NCBI GenBank assembly: GCA_964541055.1
Contig: CAZIQR010000004.1
Coordinates: 6,081-41,578, forward strand
Direction: 5' to 3'
DNA length: 35,498 bases
DNA from: an uncultured Eubacteriales bacterium
GTDB taxonomy: Bacteria; Acidobacteriota; Aminicenantia; Aminicenantales; Saccharicenantaceae
Both the position numbers and the translations under genes were made by a program. The number at the start of each line of letters is the position of its first letter. Within the stretch, counting starts at the first letter, position 1. Below, one piece after another: positions 1 through 10,521 of the stretch. The notes under the pieces were generated by a model that saw only the letters and a program-made list of their open reading frames with translations, had not been told where the DNA came from and ran no database searches.

Positions 1-155
1 GCCCGCAGGGCGAAGGCCTGCATGACCGGCAGGCCCCGGGTCTTGTTCGGTTCGTTAAGCTTGATCGTCTTGAGCTCGGGCGCCTGGGCGAAGCTCAGGG
101 CGAAACCCAGGAGCAGGACGGCAGCGAGAGACGCCGCAAGAGTCGAACGTTTCAT
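1..155 (-). CDS. Partial (runs off left edge) secreted protein, SagB/ThcOx-nitroreductase-like N-terminus
   Basis: Manual translation MKRSTLAASLAAVLLLGFALSFAQAPELKTIKLNEPNKTRGLPVMQAFALRA; signal peptide, GGAGG RBS; the IKLxxP..G.P.M.A...R pattern resembles SagB-type nitroreductases. Not in the ORF track because it has no stop in the window. Confidence 0.65.
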   Translation of the reverse strand, partial: MKRSTLAASLAAVLLLGFALSFAQAPELKTIKLNEPNKTRGLPVMQAFALR

Positions 156-184
156 GGGGGAACCTCCCTCGATGGGATTTTCTG

Positions 185-213
185 ATTTAAGCACCTTCGG
201 CCGGGCCGGTCAA
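185..213 (-). promoter_or_regulatory. Putative sigma70 promoter for the SagB-like gene
   Basis: TTGACC-17 bp-TTAAAT with extended -10 TG. Confidence 0.5.
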
Positions 214-226
214 GACGAGACGCGAT

Positions 227-2668
227 TCAGGCCCGCCCGAAAACCACGGGGCTGACGCGCAGGACCCGGCCCGCGGCCTCAAAGGCCTCGATCCAGGCCC
301 TGGCGGCTCCGTCCCCCCTGCCGGCGCGGTCCTTCATGCCGGCATAGGCCTCCCGCCCTCGCGAGACGTAGAGGTTCTGGCTTTTCCACAGATCGATGTC
401 GAGCTCGAGGGGCTTCAGGGCCGCGAGAAGCCGTTCGGCCGATCCCAGGGCGGCCGGATCGCGGGGGTTCTCGGCCCAGCGGCCCATCAGGGCCTCGATC
501 TTCCGCCCGGCCTCAAAACCGAGGCCGGCCTTCCCGGGTTCCAGGGACCATTTCCGGTATTCTTCGATGAGGGCGGCGAGGCGCTCGAGGTCGGTCTCCG
601 GGGCCTCGAGGAGCCGCCGGAAATCGGCATTGAGGACGAAGGCGGCGGGGCCGAGCAGCGTTTCGGGCAGCGGGATCTGGAGCTTGAGCATGGCCTCCAT
701 GATCGGCCGGTTGGTTTCGAAAATGCGCCGGAAGTCCCCGTCGAGGGCCTTCATATTGTCCTGGAGGATGGCGCCCACGACCTTGCGGCGCTCGTCCTTG
801 AAGAGGTGCCACAAGGAGTAGCTGTGGTCCCCGAAGTGCGCGTCGATGAGGGCCAGGACCGCCTGCCTGTCGCCCTTCGTGAAGGCCGCTCGGATCTCCC
901 GGCAGAGGCCCCGGAACGTCTCGTCGCTCAAGCCCTCCTGGACCCCGGCCGTCAGGTCCTGGCCGCCAAGATGAAGCACGGCGTAGGCGATCGTGCGCTC
1001 CTCCCAGGTGATCTCCGACTTGAGTCTGACGCGCCCGAGGGCCAGCCTGCGCCCGTCGCGGGTTTCGCGGTCGCAGGACTCCGCGGCCGCATCGTAGTGC
1101 GCGATCTTGACGGCCTGGCCATACTCTTCGAAGAGCGACGAGACCCCGTAGTGGGCCGCGAGCCGCGGAAAATCGATGATCGAGGGCCGGACCAGGTTCT
1201 CGTAAACCCGGGCGCCGTCCTTGTAAGCCCGGACGTTGCTCTTGGCCGCGGCCAGCTTGGACGTGAACTCGGGCTCGAGGTCGGCGCCGGTGACGTCGCG
1301 GAGAAGCTGAAGGGCCCGCGCGGCGTACTGGATGATCTGGACCGTTTCGACGCCGGAGATGTCATCGAAGAACCAGCCGTCGCTCGTGAAGACGAGCATG
1401 GCGTGCCGCTGGATCTCGAGCCACTTGAGGGCCTTGGTCTTGTCGGGGGACGGGAGCGGCCGGGGAAAGCTCCGTCCGAGAAAGCGCTCGACGTTCTCCG
1501 GCGAGCGGTCGAGGAGGACCGAGATGTAGTCATCGCGGATCCGCCATGGATCGCCGCCCCACGCCCGGAGGGCCTGCTCGTAGGGGCCTGCAGCCTTGTC
1601 CCGCAGCCAGTCCATGGCCTCGCGCAGCGGCGTCCGCCACTTCTGGTTCCAGCGCGGATGGGCACCGGAGCTGTCGCCACAGTCGCTGCGCCAGCGCTCG
1701 ACGCCGTGGCCGCAGCTCCAGGCCGTATTCTCGGCGATCTCCACCTCGTCCGCCGGCGGGAAGCGCTCGAGGTAGTCGGCGTAGACCGTGATCTCCGCCA
1801 GCCCGTTCTGCTCGATGTGGCGGAGGCAGTAGGCCAGGGCCATGTCGCCGAAGCGGTGGTGGTGGCCATAGGTCTCGCCGTCCGTGGCGACGTGGACGAG
1901 CTCGTCCGCGGTCGAGCCGGCCGTGAAGGCGCCCAGCAGCCGGTTGGCGAAGTCCTCGCCGTTCCGGAGGAGGCGCTCGAAGGCGATGTCGTGGGAGACC
2001 GGGCCGTCGTAGAAGAAGAGGGCGATCGTCCGCCCGGAGGGAAGACGGCAGAGGTAGGGCCGCCTGGGATCGATGGCCCCGCGGGAGGCGTCGGTCCAGT
2101 CCTTGGCGCCGATCTTGCGCTGCCGGGCCGCCTGGTAGGGCGACAGGATGACGAAAACGACCCCGTTCTCCGCGGCCAGGTCGAGGCTCTCCAGGTCCAC
2201 GGCCGTCTCGGGGAGCCATAGTCCTTCGGCCCTGCGGCCGTAGCGGGACTCGAAATCCCTCAGGCCCCACAGGATCTGGGTCTTTTTATCGCGGCTGTTG
2301 GCCAGCGGCAGGATGAGGTGGCCGTAGGCCTGGGCCATGGCCCCGCCGTGCCCGTGGAAGCGCCCGCGGCTTTCCCGGTCGGCCTCGAGGATGGCCTTGT
2401 AGACGTCCGGCGCGGAGCGGGCCATCCAGTCGAGCAGGGTCGGACCGGCGTCGAAGCTGATCCTGGCGTAATTGTTGACGATGTCGATGATCCGGTCCTC
2501 GCGGTCGAGGATCCGCGAAGCGGCGTTCGGGGCGTAGCTCTCGGCGCTGACCCGCTCGTTCCAGTCGTGGTAGGGCGCGGCCGATTCCTGGAACTCGATC
2601 TCCTCGAGCCAGGCGTTCTCGCGGGGCGGCTGGTAGAAGTGGCCGTGGACGCAGATGTGCTTGTTCAT
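227..2668 (-). CDS. Glycoside hydrolase family 57 / DUF3536 protein
   Basis: Start reassigned to [18 protein letters not shown] (ATGA overlap with glgB stop); GH57 motifs [36 protein letters not shown]. Confidence 0.9.
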   Translation of the reverse strand: MNKHICVHGHFYQPPRENAWLEEIEFQESAAPYHDWNERVSAESYAPNAASRILDREDRIIDIVNNYARISFDAGPTLLDWMARSAPDVYKAILEADRESRGRFHGHGGAMAQAYGHLILPLANSRDKKTQILWGLRDFESRYGRRAEGLWLPETAVDLESLDLAAENGVVFVILSPYQAARQRKIGAKDWTDASRGAIDPRRPYLCRLPSGRTIALFFYDGPVSHDIAFERLLRNGEDFANRLLGAFTAGSTADELVHVATDGETYGHHHRFGDMALAYCLRHIEQNGLAEITVYADYLERFPPADEVEIAENTAWSCGHGVERWRSDCGDSSGAHPRWNQKWRTPLREAMDWLRDKAAGPYEQALRAWGGDPWRIRDDYISVLLDRSPENVERFLGRSFPRPLPSPDKTKALKWLEIQRHAMLVFTSDGWFFDDISGVETVQIIQYAARALQLLRDVTGADLEPEFTSKLAAAKSNVRAYKDGARVYENLVRPSIIDFPRLAAHYGVSSLFEEYGQAVKIAHYDAAAESCDRETRDGRRLALGRVRLKSEITWEERTIAYAVLHLGGQDLTAGVQEGLSDETFRGLCREIRAAFTKGDRQAVLALIDAHFGDHSYSLWHLFKDERRKVVGAILQDNMKALDGDFRRIFETNRPIMEAMLKLQIPLPETLLGPAAFVLNADFRRLLEAPETDLERLAALIEEYRKWSLEPGKAGLGFEAGRKIEALMGRWAENPRDPAALGSAERLLAALKPLELDIDLWKSQNLYVSRGREAYAGMKDRAGRGDGAARAWIEAFEAAGRVLRVSPVVFGRA

Positions 2669-4590
2669 GCCGCGGGCTTCTTGAAGAACAGGACGGCGAG
2701 CGGGGGCAGGGTCAGGCTCAACGACTGGGGGTGGCCGTGGGCGGGCGCCGGGCCCGCTTCGGCCGACCCGGCGTTGCCGAGGCCCGTTCCGCCGTATTCG
2801 AGGGCGTCGCTGTTGAGGATCTCCTGCCAGACGCCGCCCGAGGGCACGCCGACGCGATAGCCGTGGCGCGCGATGGGGGTGAAATTGCAGACGACGAGGA
2901 TGACGTCGCCGGCCGACCGGCCGCGGCGCAGGCAGCTGACAACGCTCTGGTCCACGTCGTTGAAATCGACCCACTCGAAACCGGACGGATCGAAGTCGAG
3001 CTCGTGGAGGGCCGGCTCGCGCCGGTAGACGGCGTTGAGGTCCCGGACCCAGCGCTGGACGCCCCGGTGGGATTCGTATTCAAGGGCGCTCCACTCCAGG
3101 CTCTCGTCGTGGGTCCACTCGCGCCATTGGGCGAACTCGCCGCCCATGAACAGCAGCTTCTTGCCCGGGTGGGAGAACATGAAGCCGAAGAGCGAGCGCA
3201 GGTTCGCGTAGCGGGCGTGCTCATCGCCCGGCATCTTCCCGACGAGGGAGCCCTTGCCGTGGACGACCTCGTCGTGGGAGAGCGGCAGGAGGTAGTTCTC
3301 GGAATAGGCGTACCACATGCTGAAGGTCAGGCCCTTCTGGTAGTATTTGCGGAAGATCGGGTCCTTGCCGAAGTATTCGAGGGTGTCGTTCATCCAGCCC
3401 ATCTTCCACTTCATGCCGAAGCCCAGGCCGCCGGCGTAGACGGGCCGGGTGACCATCGGCCAGGCCGTCGATTCCTCGGCGATCGTCTGGACGTCGGGAT
3501 GGGCGGCGTAGACGGCCTCGTTGAAGCGCCGGATGAAGCCGAGGGCCTCGAGGTTCTCGCGGCCGCCGTGTACGTTGGGGACCCACTCCCCCTCTTTGCG
3601 GGAGTAGTCGAGGTAGAGCATCGAGGCCACGGCGTCGATCCGGAGGCCGTCGGCATGGTATTTCTCGAGCCAGAAGAGGGCCGAGCTGATCAGGAACTCG
3701 CGGACCTCGTTGCGGCCATGGTTGAAGACGAAGCTCTTCCAGTCGGGGTGGAAGCCCTTGCGCGGGTCCTTGTGCTCGTAGAGCGACGTCCCGTCGAATT
3801 TATGCAGCCCGTGGCCGTCGGTGGCGAAGTGGGAGGGCACCCAATCGAGGATAACGCCGATGCCGTTCTGATGGAGATGGTCGACGAGGGCCATGAAGTC
3901 CTGGGGCGTCCCGTAGCGGCTGGTCGGGGCGAAATAGCCCAGGGTCTGATATCCCCAGCTCCCGTAGAACGGGTGCTCCATGATCGGCAGGAGCTCGACA
4001 TGGGTGAAGCCCATGTCCTTGGCGTAGGCGGCAAGGAGCGGGGCCGCCTCCCGGTAGGTCAGGAAGCGGTTGCCCTCCTCCGGCACCCGGCGCCATGAGC
4101 CGAGATGGACCTCGTAGACCGAGATCGGGGCGGCGAAGCTCGACCGCTCCTTCCGGCCGGCCATCCATTCGCCGTCGCCCCACTCGTAGTCGAGGTTCCA
4201 GACGACCGAGGCCGAGCGCGGCGGGACCTCCCAGAAGAAGGCGTAGGGATCGCCCTTCTCCGCGGTCCGGCGCCCGCCCTTGGACGTGACGAGGTATTTA
4301 TACATGGCCCCGGGCTCGAGGCCGGGGATAAAGCCTTCCCAGAGGCCCGACCCGTCCCAGCGCGGTCCGAGCTTGTGCCGGCCGGCGTTCCACTCGTTGA
4401 AATCGCCGACGACGGAGACGCCCTGGGCGTTCGGGGCCCAGACGGCGAAGAGGGTGCCGGTCCGCCCTTCGACCGTCAGGGGGTGGGCCCCGAGCTTGTC
4501 GAAGAGGTTGAAATGATTGCCTTCCTTGAAGAGGTAAATGTCGTGCTCGGTGAGGAGCGTCGGCCCGAGGATGATGTCGCCCGCGGTCAT
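2665..4590 (-). CDS. glgB: 1,4-alpha-glucan branching enzyme (GH13, short N-terminus form)
   Basis: [38 protein letters not shown] (nucleophile), [13 protein letters not shown]; start at MTAGDII. Confidence 0.95.
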   Translation of the reverse strand: MTAGDIILGPTLLTEHDIYLFKEGNHFNLFDKLGAHPLTVEGRTGTLFAVWAPNAQGVSVVGDFNEWNAGRHKLGPRWDGSGLWEGFIPGLEPGAMYKYLVTSKGGRRTAEKGDPYAFFWEVPPRSASVVWNLDYEWGDGEWMAGRKERSSFAAPISVYEVHLGSWRRVPEEGNRFLTYREAAPLLAAYAKDMGFTHVELLPIMEHPFYGSWGYQTLGYFAPTSRYGTPQDFMALVDHLHQNGIGVILDWVPSHFATDGHGLHKFDGTSLYEHKDPRKGFHPDWKSFVFNHGRNEVREFLISSALFWLEKYHADGLRIDAVASMLYLDYSRKEGEWVPNVHGGRENLEALGFIRRFNEAVYAAHPDVQTIAEESTAWPMVTRPVYAGGLGFGMKWKMGWMNDTLEYFGKDPIFRKYYQKGLTFSMWYAYSENYLLPLSHDEVVHGKGSLVGKMPGDEHARYANLRSLFGFMFSHPGKKLLFMGGEFAQWREWTHDESLEWSALEYESHRGVQRWVRDLNAVYRREPALHELDFDPSGFEWVDFNDVDQSVVSCLRRGRSAGDVILVVCNFTPIARHGYRVGVPSGGVWQEILNSDALEYGGTGLGNAGSAEAGPAPAHGHPQSLSLTLPPLAVLFFKKPAA

Positions 4591-4597
4591 CTGAGGC

Positions 4598-5038
4598 TCA
4601 GTTGTCCCGGCGGATCTCGACCCGGTCGAGTCCGTTCTCGTTGAATTCCTTCTCGTATTTCTCGATGAGCGGCCGCTCGCGCTCCATGCCCTTCTCGGTG
4701 TAAAGCCCGTCCAGGGCCTCGTCGCCGAACTTGCGGACGTAGTCGCGGTCGGCCATGCGGTAGATGAGCTGGTCCCAGAAGTTGTTGTCGTTGTAGAAAT
4801 CGACGGTCTCGGCCATCTTCTCCTCGAGCTCGCCCGACGGGACGGCCTTCTTGGTCTCCTCGTCGAATTCCACATACTCCCCGAGCCCGGCCTTCTGGGC
4901 GGCCTCGAGGGCCAGGCTCTCGACCTCGTCGTATTCCTCGATGACGTCGTCGGTCCGCCAGTCGTTGGCCATGCGGTTGCCGAGGTAGACGAGCTTGACC
5001 AGGGACGTCAGCTGTTCTTTGGTCAGTTGAAGGTTCAT
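4598..5038 (-). CDS. Acidic hypothetical protein, first gene of the glgB operon
   Basis: [20 protein letters not shown]..., GAGG RBS, GC3-rich codon usage, 7-bp gap to glgB. Confidence 0.8.
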   Translation of the reverse strand: MNLQLTKEQLTSLVKLVYLGNRMANDWRTDDVIEEYDEVESLALEAAQKAGLGEYVEFDEETKKAVPSGELEEKMAETVDFYNDNNFWDQLIYRMADRDYVRKFGDEALDGLYTEKGMERERPLIEKYEKEFNENGLDRVEIRRDN

Positions 5039-5057
5039 GGCGGCCTCTTTCGGGAAA

Positions 5058-5086
5058 AATATACCATGTCGGTCCGGTTTCGCCAA
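5058..5086 (-). promoter_or_regulatory. Putative sigma70 promoter of the hypothetical-glgB-GH57 operon
   Basis: TTGGCG-17 bp-TATATT with extended -10 TG. Confidence 0.45.
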
Positions 5087-5113
5087 ACGGGGCCGGGCCC
5101 TTGGGCCCTCCTG

Positions 5114-5142
5114 TTGACAGGCCATCGGCCGCTGGCTATAGT
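5114..5142 (+). promoter_or_regulatory. Sigma70 promoter for creatininase-family/HtrA genes
   Basis: TTGACA-17 bp-TATAGT. Confidence 0.7.
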
Positions 5143-5175
5143 TCGGGAACACGCTATTCTTCGAGGAGGTCCACG

Positions 5176-6099
5176 ATGAAAAAGTCCCGCTCGCTCCTGG
5201 CCGCGCTGGTGATCGCGGCGCCGGTCTTCGCGGCGGCCCTGCCCCAGGCGGCCGGACCGGCCGCGTCGCCGGCCCCGTCGGTCCGTTACGAAGAGCTCAC
5301 GGCGCCCGACTTCGCCCGGGCCGTCGTCCGTTCGGGCGGCACGGTCATCGTGCCCCTCGGCATCCTCGAAAAGCACGGGCCGCACCTGCCGGTGGGGACG
5401 GACCTCATCGACTGCCGCGAGATCGCCCTGAAGGCCGCCGCGACGGACTACACGATCGTCTTCCCGCCCTATTTCGTGGGCCAGATCTTCGAGGCCGAGC
5501 ACCAGCCCGGCACGATCGCCTACGGCAGCCGGATGATGCTCGACGTCCTGCAGAGGACCTGCGACGAGCTGGCCCGCAACGGCCTGAAGAAGATCATCCT
5601 CGTCAACGGGCACGGCGGCAACGACGCCTTCCTGCACTTCTTCTGCCAGTCGCAGCTCGAGACGCGGCGCGATTACGTCGTGTATCTCTTCGAGCCGTCC
5701 TATGACGAGGCGACCCAGGCCAAGCTCGACAAGATGCGCAAGACGACGGTCGACGGCCACGCCGGCGAGGAGGAGACGTCGGTCATGCTGGTCCATCACC
5801 CCGATCTCGTCAAGCTCGACCGGGCCAAGGACGAGAGCGGCGCGGACCAGAAGCGCCAGGCCGGATTGAAGAACGCCTACACCGGGATCTGGTGGTACGC
5901 CGGGCAGCCCAACCATTACCGGGGCGACGGCAGCGCCGGGAACGCCGCGTTCGGCAGGGCCCTGTTCGACGCCGAGACGTCCGCCCTGGTCGAGATGATC
6001 CGGTCGGTCAAGAAGGACGCGGTCACGGCGGGGCTCCAGAGGACGTTCTTCGACGATGCGGCCAAGCCTCTCGAGACGAGGCCCTTCGTCAAGAAGTGA
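5176..6099 (+). CDS. Creatininase/MftE-family amidohydrolase with signal peptide
   Basis: EKHGPHLPVGTD, NGHGGN, DGHAGEEET metal-binding motifs; GAGGAGG RBS; MKKSRSLLAALVIAAPVFAAA signal. Confidence 0.9.
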   Translation: MKKSRSLLAALVIAAPVFAAALPQAAGPAASPAPSVRYEELTAPDFARAVVRSGGTVIVPLGILEKHGPHLPVGTDLIDCREIALKAAATDYTIVFPPYFVGQIFEAEHQPGTIAYGSRMMLDVLQRTCDELARNGLKKIILVNGHGGNDAFLHFFCQSQLETRRDYVVYLFEPSYDEATQAKLDKMRKTTVDGHAGEEETSVMLVHHPDLVKLDRAKDESGADQKRQAGLKNAYTGIWWYAGQPNHYRGDGSAGNAAFGRALFDAETSALVEMIRSVKKDAVTAGLQRTFFDDAAKPLETRPFVKK

Positions 6100-6141
6100 G
6101 AGATGAAGCGCCTTAATAATGGGGTCATCAGGGAGGTCCCG

Positions 6142-7335
6142 ATGAGAAAAGACCGTCAGAGGGTCATCGTTCTCGTCATGATCGTCCTCGGCCTGGCGCT
6201 CGCCGCCTGCGCCGACACCGGCTCGCGCGGAAGCCGACGGGCTGCGGAGAGCGCCGCCGTGTCGGAGCCGGCGACCGGCGCGCCCGGGCCTGCGGGCGGG
6301 CCGGCCAGCGGGGGTACGTCGGGCGGCCAGGCCGCCGTGCAGGCCCCGGCGGGCGGGAACTCGCGGCTGACGGCCGAGGAGCAGAACACGATCGAGGTCG
6401 TCCGGAAATGCCGGAACTCGGTCGTCTTCATCACCAATCTCCAATATGTCCGCGAGCTCTTTTCGTCATCGACGCAGGAGGTGCCGGCCGGCAGCGGGTC
6501 CGGCTTCGTCTGGGACGACCAGGGCCACATCGTCACCAACTTCCACGTCATCAACGAAGGCGACAAGTTCATGGTCAGCTTCCCCAACCAGAAGCAGGTC
6601 GAGGCCGCCCTCGTCGGACGCGATCCCAGCCGCGATGTCGCGGTCCTCAAGCTCAAGGAGGAGGTGCCCGGCGTCCTGCCGATCGCCGTCGGGACCTCGC
6701 GGGACCTCCAGGTCGGGCAGAAGGTCGTGGCCATCGGCAACCCCTTCGGCTTCGACCACACCGTCACGACCGGGATCGTCAGCGCCCTGGGCCGGAGCAT
6801 GCCGGGCGCCGGAGGCGTCACCATCCGGGACATGATCCAGACGGACGCATCGATCAATCCGGGGAATTCGGGCGGGCCGCTGCTGAACTCGAGCGGCGAG
6901 CTCATCGGCATGAACACGATGATCTTCGGCTCGGAGACATCCACCGGGGTCGGCTTTGCCGTGCCCGTGGACACCATCCACAAGATCGTCCCCCAGATCA
7001 TCCAGTTCGGGAAGGTCATCCGGCCCGACCTCGGCGGCATCTCTTTCGTCCGCGATGAGGTGTCCCAGAGGGCGGGCATCGCCGGCGCCGTCATCCTCGA
7101 GGTGGCCCAGGGCAGCCGGGCCTACCAGCTCGGGCTGCGGGGGCTCACGCGGGACGCTTTTGGGCGGCTGCTCGTGCGGGACATCATCACCGGGATCGAC
7201 GGCATGAAGATCAAGTCCTACGACGATCTCTTCAACGGCCTGGACGGCTACAAGATCGGCGACTCGGTGACCCTGACGATCCAACGCGAAGGCAAGGCGA
7301 GGACGGTCAAGATCGAGCTCACCGGCAACAGCTGA
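6142..7335 (+). CDS. HtrA/DegP-family (HhoA-like) serine protease with one PDZ domain, lipoprotein
   Basis: GSGSGF, TNFHV, RDVAV, GNSGGP catalytic triad; C-terminal PDZ; lipobox LAAC; GGAGG RBS. Confidence 0.92.
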   Translation: MRKDRQRVIVLVMIVLGLALAACADTGSRGSRRAAESAAVSEPATGAPGPAGGPASGGTSGGQAAVQAPAGGNSRLTAEEQNTIEVVRKCRNSVVFITNLQYVRELFSSSTQEVPAGSGSGFVWDDQGHIVTNFHVINEGDKFMVSFPNQKQVEAALVGRDPSRDVAVLKLKEEVPGVLPIAVGTSRDLQVGQKVVAIGNPFGFDHTVTTGIVSALGRSMPGAGGVTIRDMIQTDASINPGNSGGPLLNSSGELIGMNTMIFGSETSTGVGFAVPVDTIHKIVPQIIQFGKVIRPDLGGISFVRDEVSQRAGIAGAVILEVAQGSRAYQLGLRGLTRDAFGRLLVRDIITGIDGMKIKSYDDLFNGLDGYKIGDSVTLTIQREGKARTVKIELTGNS

Positions 7336-7338
7336 GAC

Positions 7339-8205
7339 CTACGGCTTCCTGAGCGGCACGATCCCCGCCATATCGCCGATGACGTTGACCAGGTCCTTGT
7401 CCGAGGGGACGATGATCTTGGCGTTCCCCTGCAGGGCCGTCTCGAGGGCCTGAAGGCGCCGCAGGATCTGGGCGTTGCCCACGAAGTACTTTTCGGCCGC
7501 CTCGTTGACCAGGCGGATGGCCTCGGCCTCGCCCTGGGCCTCGAGGATCTTGGCCTGGCGGATGCCCTCGGCCTTTTTGATCTCGGCCCGCCGCTCGCCG
7601 TCGGCGACCGTTTCCCGGGCCGTGGCAAAGTCGATCGCGGCGATCTTCTCGTTCTCGGCCTTGACGACCTTGTTCATCGTCTCCTGGACGTCCTTGGGCG
7701 GGTCGATCTCCTTGAGCTCGGTCCGGACGATATCGATGCCCCAGCGGGCCGTCTCCGTCGACAGGGTCTTGAGGAGCTCCTCGTTGATCTTGCCCCGCTC
7801 GCTGTTGGCCGATTTCAGGGTCAGGGTGCCGATGATGTTGCGCAGGGTCGTCCGGGCCAGGTTGACGATCTGCCATTGGAAGTTGTTGACGTTGTACTGG
7901 GAGGCCTTGACGCTCGGCTCGTCCTCCTTGACCCGGAAATAGACCTGGGCGTCGACCCGGGCGTTGAGGTTGTCGTTGGTGATGATCTCCTGCGGCGCGG
8001 CGTCGACCATCATCTCGGTGATGTTGATCTGGCGCAGCTGCTCGATCGCGGGGATGACCCAATTGAAGCCGGGCATGGCAAAGCGGTTGTACTTGCCCAG
8101 ACGCTCGACCAAGCCGCGGTGGGTCGGCCGGACGATGCGGATGCCGAGCAAGAAGATGAAAACGATGATGCCGACGATCCAGAGATAGATGGCGATCGAT
8201 GACAT
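7339..8205 (-). CDS. SPFH/band 7 (stomatin/QmcA-like) membrane protein
   Basis: N-terminal TM helix, VERLGKY, QEIITNDN, LRNIIG, WGIDIVRTELKEI, AEA coiled-coil repeats. Confidence 0.9.
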   Translation of the reverse strand: MSSIAIYLWIVGIIVFIFLLGIRIVRPTHRGLVERLGKYNRFAMPGFNWVIPAIEQLRQINITEMMVDAAPQEIITNDNLNARVDAQVYFRVKEDEPSVKASQYNVNNFQWQIVNLARTTLRNIIGTLTLKSANSERGKINEELLKTLSTETARWGIDIVRTELKEIDPPKDVQETMNKVVKAENEKIAAIDFATARETVADGERRAEIKKAEGIRQAKILEAQGEAEAIRLVNEAAEKYFVGNAQILRRLQALETALQGNAKIIVPSDKDLVNVIGDMAGIVPLRKP

Positions 8206-8215
8206 GGTGTCCTCC

Positions 8216-8932
8216 TCACATCTTCCAGGTTCCGGAGACGATAACGTTGGAGCCGGTGACCGCGGCCGCTTCGTCCGAAGCGCAATAGGCTACGGCCTCG
8301 GCCACATCCTCGAAGCTGCCGAGGGTCGATTCAGCCAAGTCGCGCGCCTGGGGCAGGGCCCCGCCACGGATGAGCCCCGGCGAGACCATGTTGAAAGTGA
8401 TGCCGTTCATAACCTCGGCTGCCGCGGCCGTCCGGGTCAGCGTGAGCAGTCCGGTCTTGGCCACGGCGTACGGGGCGATCGTGGGAAAGGCGCCGAGGTG
8501 CTCGGCCCGGCTGAAGCCCAGGTTGACGATCCTCCCCCACTTCCTTTTGCGCATGCCGGGGAGGACGGCCTTCATGCAGAAGTAGGCCCCGAGCAGGTTG
8601 CCGCGCAGGACCTTCTCCCAGTCGGCGACCTCGAGCTGGTCCCAGGGCTTGACCAGGAACGGGCCGACATTGTTGACCAGGACGTCGACCCGGGCGAACC
8701 GCTCCTCGACCTTCTTGACGAGGCCGGCGGCCTGGGCCTTCTTGGTCAGGTCGGCCCGAAAGACGGCGGCGAGCTTGCCTTTTTCACGGATCGCCGCGGC
8801 CAGCTCCTGGGCCTCGTCGCGGCGGCTGAAGTAGTGGACGGCCACCCCGGAGACATCCTCGGCGAGCCGCAGGGCGATGGCCCGGCCGATGCCGCGGCTG
8901 GCCCCGGTGACAAGGGCGATCCGCAGGCTCAT
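8216..8932 (-). CDS. Short-chain dehydrogenase/reductase (FabG-like, probably NADP-dependent)
   Basis: TGASRGIG, NNVG, YAVAK (YxxxK), VSPG. Confidence 0.88.
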   Translation of the reverse strand: MSLRIALVTGASRGIGRAIALRLAEDVSGVAVHYFSRRDEAQELAAAIREKGKLAAVFRADLTKKAQAAGLVKKVEERFARVDVLVNNVGPFLVKPWDQLEVADWEKVLRGNLLGAYFCMKAVLPGMRKRKWGRIVNLGFSRAEHLGAFPTIAPYAVAKTGLLTLTRTAAAAEVMNGITFNMVSPGLIRGGALPQARDLAESTLGSFEDVAEAVAYCASDEAAAVTGSNVIVSGTWKM

Positions 8933-8942
8933 GGCGCGGTCC

Positions 8943-10466
8943 CTACGCGAGGGTCCCGACGGCCTTTTCGACGGCCTCGAGGATCTCGCCGGATTGGACG
9001 ACGTCCTTGAGCTTGTTGATGTCGTTGTAGAGGGGCCGGTCCTCCTCGAGGGGAGCGACGTACTTGCGGATGACCTCGTAGGCGGCCAGGATGCCCTTGC
9101 CGGGCTTGTGCGGCTTGCGGAAATCGACGGCCTGGGCCCCGGCCATGAGCTCGATGGCCAGGACGGCCTGGGCGTTGTCGAGGATCTGGCGCGTCTTGAG
9201 GGCCGTGGTCATGCCCATGCTGACGAAGTCCTCCTGGTCGGCCGCGGCCGGGATCGAGCCCGTGGCCGCCGGATGCGACAGCACGCGGTTCTCGCAGACG
9301 AGGGCCCCGGCCGTGTACTGGGTGAGCATCAGGCCGGAGAACATGCCCGCGCCCTTGGTCAGGAAGGCCGGCAGGCCGGCGCTGAGATGCGGGTTCATGA
9401 GCCGGTTGTGGCGCCGCTCCGACAGGACGGCGATCGTCGTCACGGCGGTGCCGAGGAGCTCCAGGGGGAAGGCCATGGGCACGCCCTGGAAGTTGGCCCC
9501 GGTCAGGACCAGGTCCTCGTCCGGGAAGAAGACGGGGTTGTCGGCCGCGCCGTTGAGCTCGATCTCGATCATGTAGCGGGCCCACTTGAGGGCGTCGCGG
9601 GCGGCGCCGACGACCTGGGGCGTGCTGCGAAGGCTGTAGGCGTCCTGGACCTTCTTGCCGGGCTGCTCCAGCAGCGCGCTGCCCTCGGTGATGCGACGGA
9701 TGTTGGCCGCCGACTCGAGGGCGCCGGGGTAGCCGCGGGTCTTGTGGAGGCGCTCGTCGTAGGCCTTCATGTTGGCGTTGAGGACCTCGAGGGTCATGGC
9801 CGCGGCGATCTCCGACATCTTGAGCCAGCGATGGACGTCGTGGATGATGAGGGCCGACATGCCGGCGATGACGTTCGAGCCGTTGATCATGGCCAGGCCG
9901 TCGCGGGCGTGGAGGACGAGCGGGGTGATGCCGGCCCGCTTGAGGGCCTCGTCCCCGGGCAGGCGCTCGCCTTTGTAGAAGGCCTCGCCCTCGCCCATGG
10001 GCACAAGGGCCATCTGGGCCATGGGCGAAAGGTCGCCGCAGGCGCCGACCGAGCCCTTCTCGCACATCACCGGGGTGACACCCTTGTTGAGGAGCTCGGC
10101 CAGAGTCTCGGTGACGACAGGGCGGAGCCCGGAATGGCCGTGGCAGTGGCAGTTGATCCTGCTCAAGATGGCCGCCCGGACGACGTCTTCCGGCATCGGC
10201 TTCCCGTAGCCCGCGGCGTGGCTGTAGATGAGGTAACGCTGGTATTTTTCGACCTGATCCTGGGTCAAGACGACATTGGCCAGCTCGCCGATGCCGGTGT
10301 TGACCCCGTACATGATCTCGTTCTTCTTGATCTTGTCCTCGAGCAGGGCCCGGCACTTTTCGATGCGCTTCCTGGCGGCCGGATCGATGGTGATGGAAAG
10401 CCGGCCGCGGGCCACCTGGACGACCTTCTCGATGGTCAGGCCGGTGCCGGTCATATTGATGGACAT
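8943..10466 (-). CDS. hutH: MIO-dependent aromatic amino acid ammonia-lyase, most likely histidine ammonia-lyase (Ala-Cys-Gly variant)
   Basis: YGVNTGIG, LIYSHAAG, GSVGACGDL, AMING, VQDAYSLR, DNP, QEDFVSMG; GGAGG RBS. Confidence 0.8.
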   Translation of the reverse strand: MSINMTGTGLTIEKVVQVARGRLSITIDPAARKRIEKCRALLEDKIKKNEIMYGVNTGIGELANVVLTQDQVEKYQRYLIYSHAAGYGKPMPEDVVRAAILSRINCHCHGHSGLRPVVTETLAELLNKGVTPVMCEKGSVGACGDLSPMAQMALVPMGEGEAFYKGERLPGDEALKRAGITPLVLHARDGLAMINGSNVIAGMSALIIHDVHRWLKMSEIAAAMTLEVLNANMKAYDERLHKTRGYPGALESAANIRRITEGSALLEQPGKKVQDAYSLRSTPQVVGAARDALKWARYMIEIELNGAADNPVFFPDEDLVLTGANFQGVPMAFPLELLGTAVTTIAVLSERRHNRLMNPHLSAGLPAFLTKGAGMFSGLMLTQYTAGALVCENRVLSHPAATGSIPAAADQEDFVSMGMTTALKTRQILDNAQAVLAIELMAGAQAVDFRKPHKPGKGILAAYEVIRKYVAPLEEDRPLYNDINKLKDVVQSGEILEAVEKAVGTLA

Positions 10467-10521
10467 GAGGAAGCCTCCTGGGGGCGGTGAAGATGCGGGT
10501 CTTGGTTCATGGCGAGCCCCT

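Noticed and set aside
2669-2974. N-terminal extensions of ORF-track calls (GH57 to 2974, glgB to 4875, lysS to 33116, tdh from 10509, ribH to 33977, M14 from 15133)
   Set aside because: Extensions overlap neighbouring genes or promoters and are low-complexity Arg/Pro/Ser-rich; internal ATGs have RBS and family-typical N-termini.
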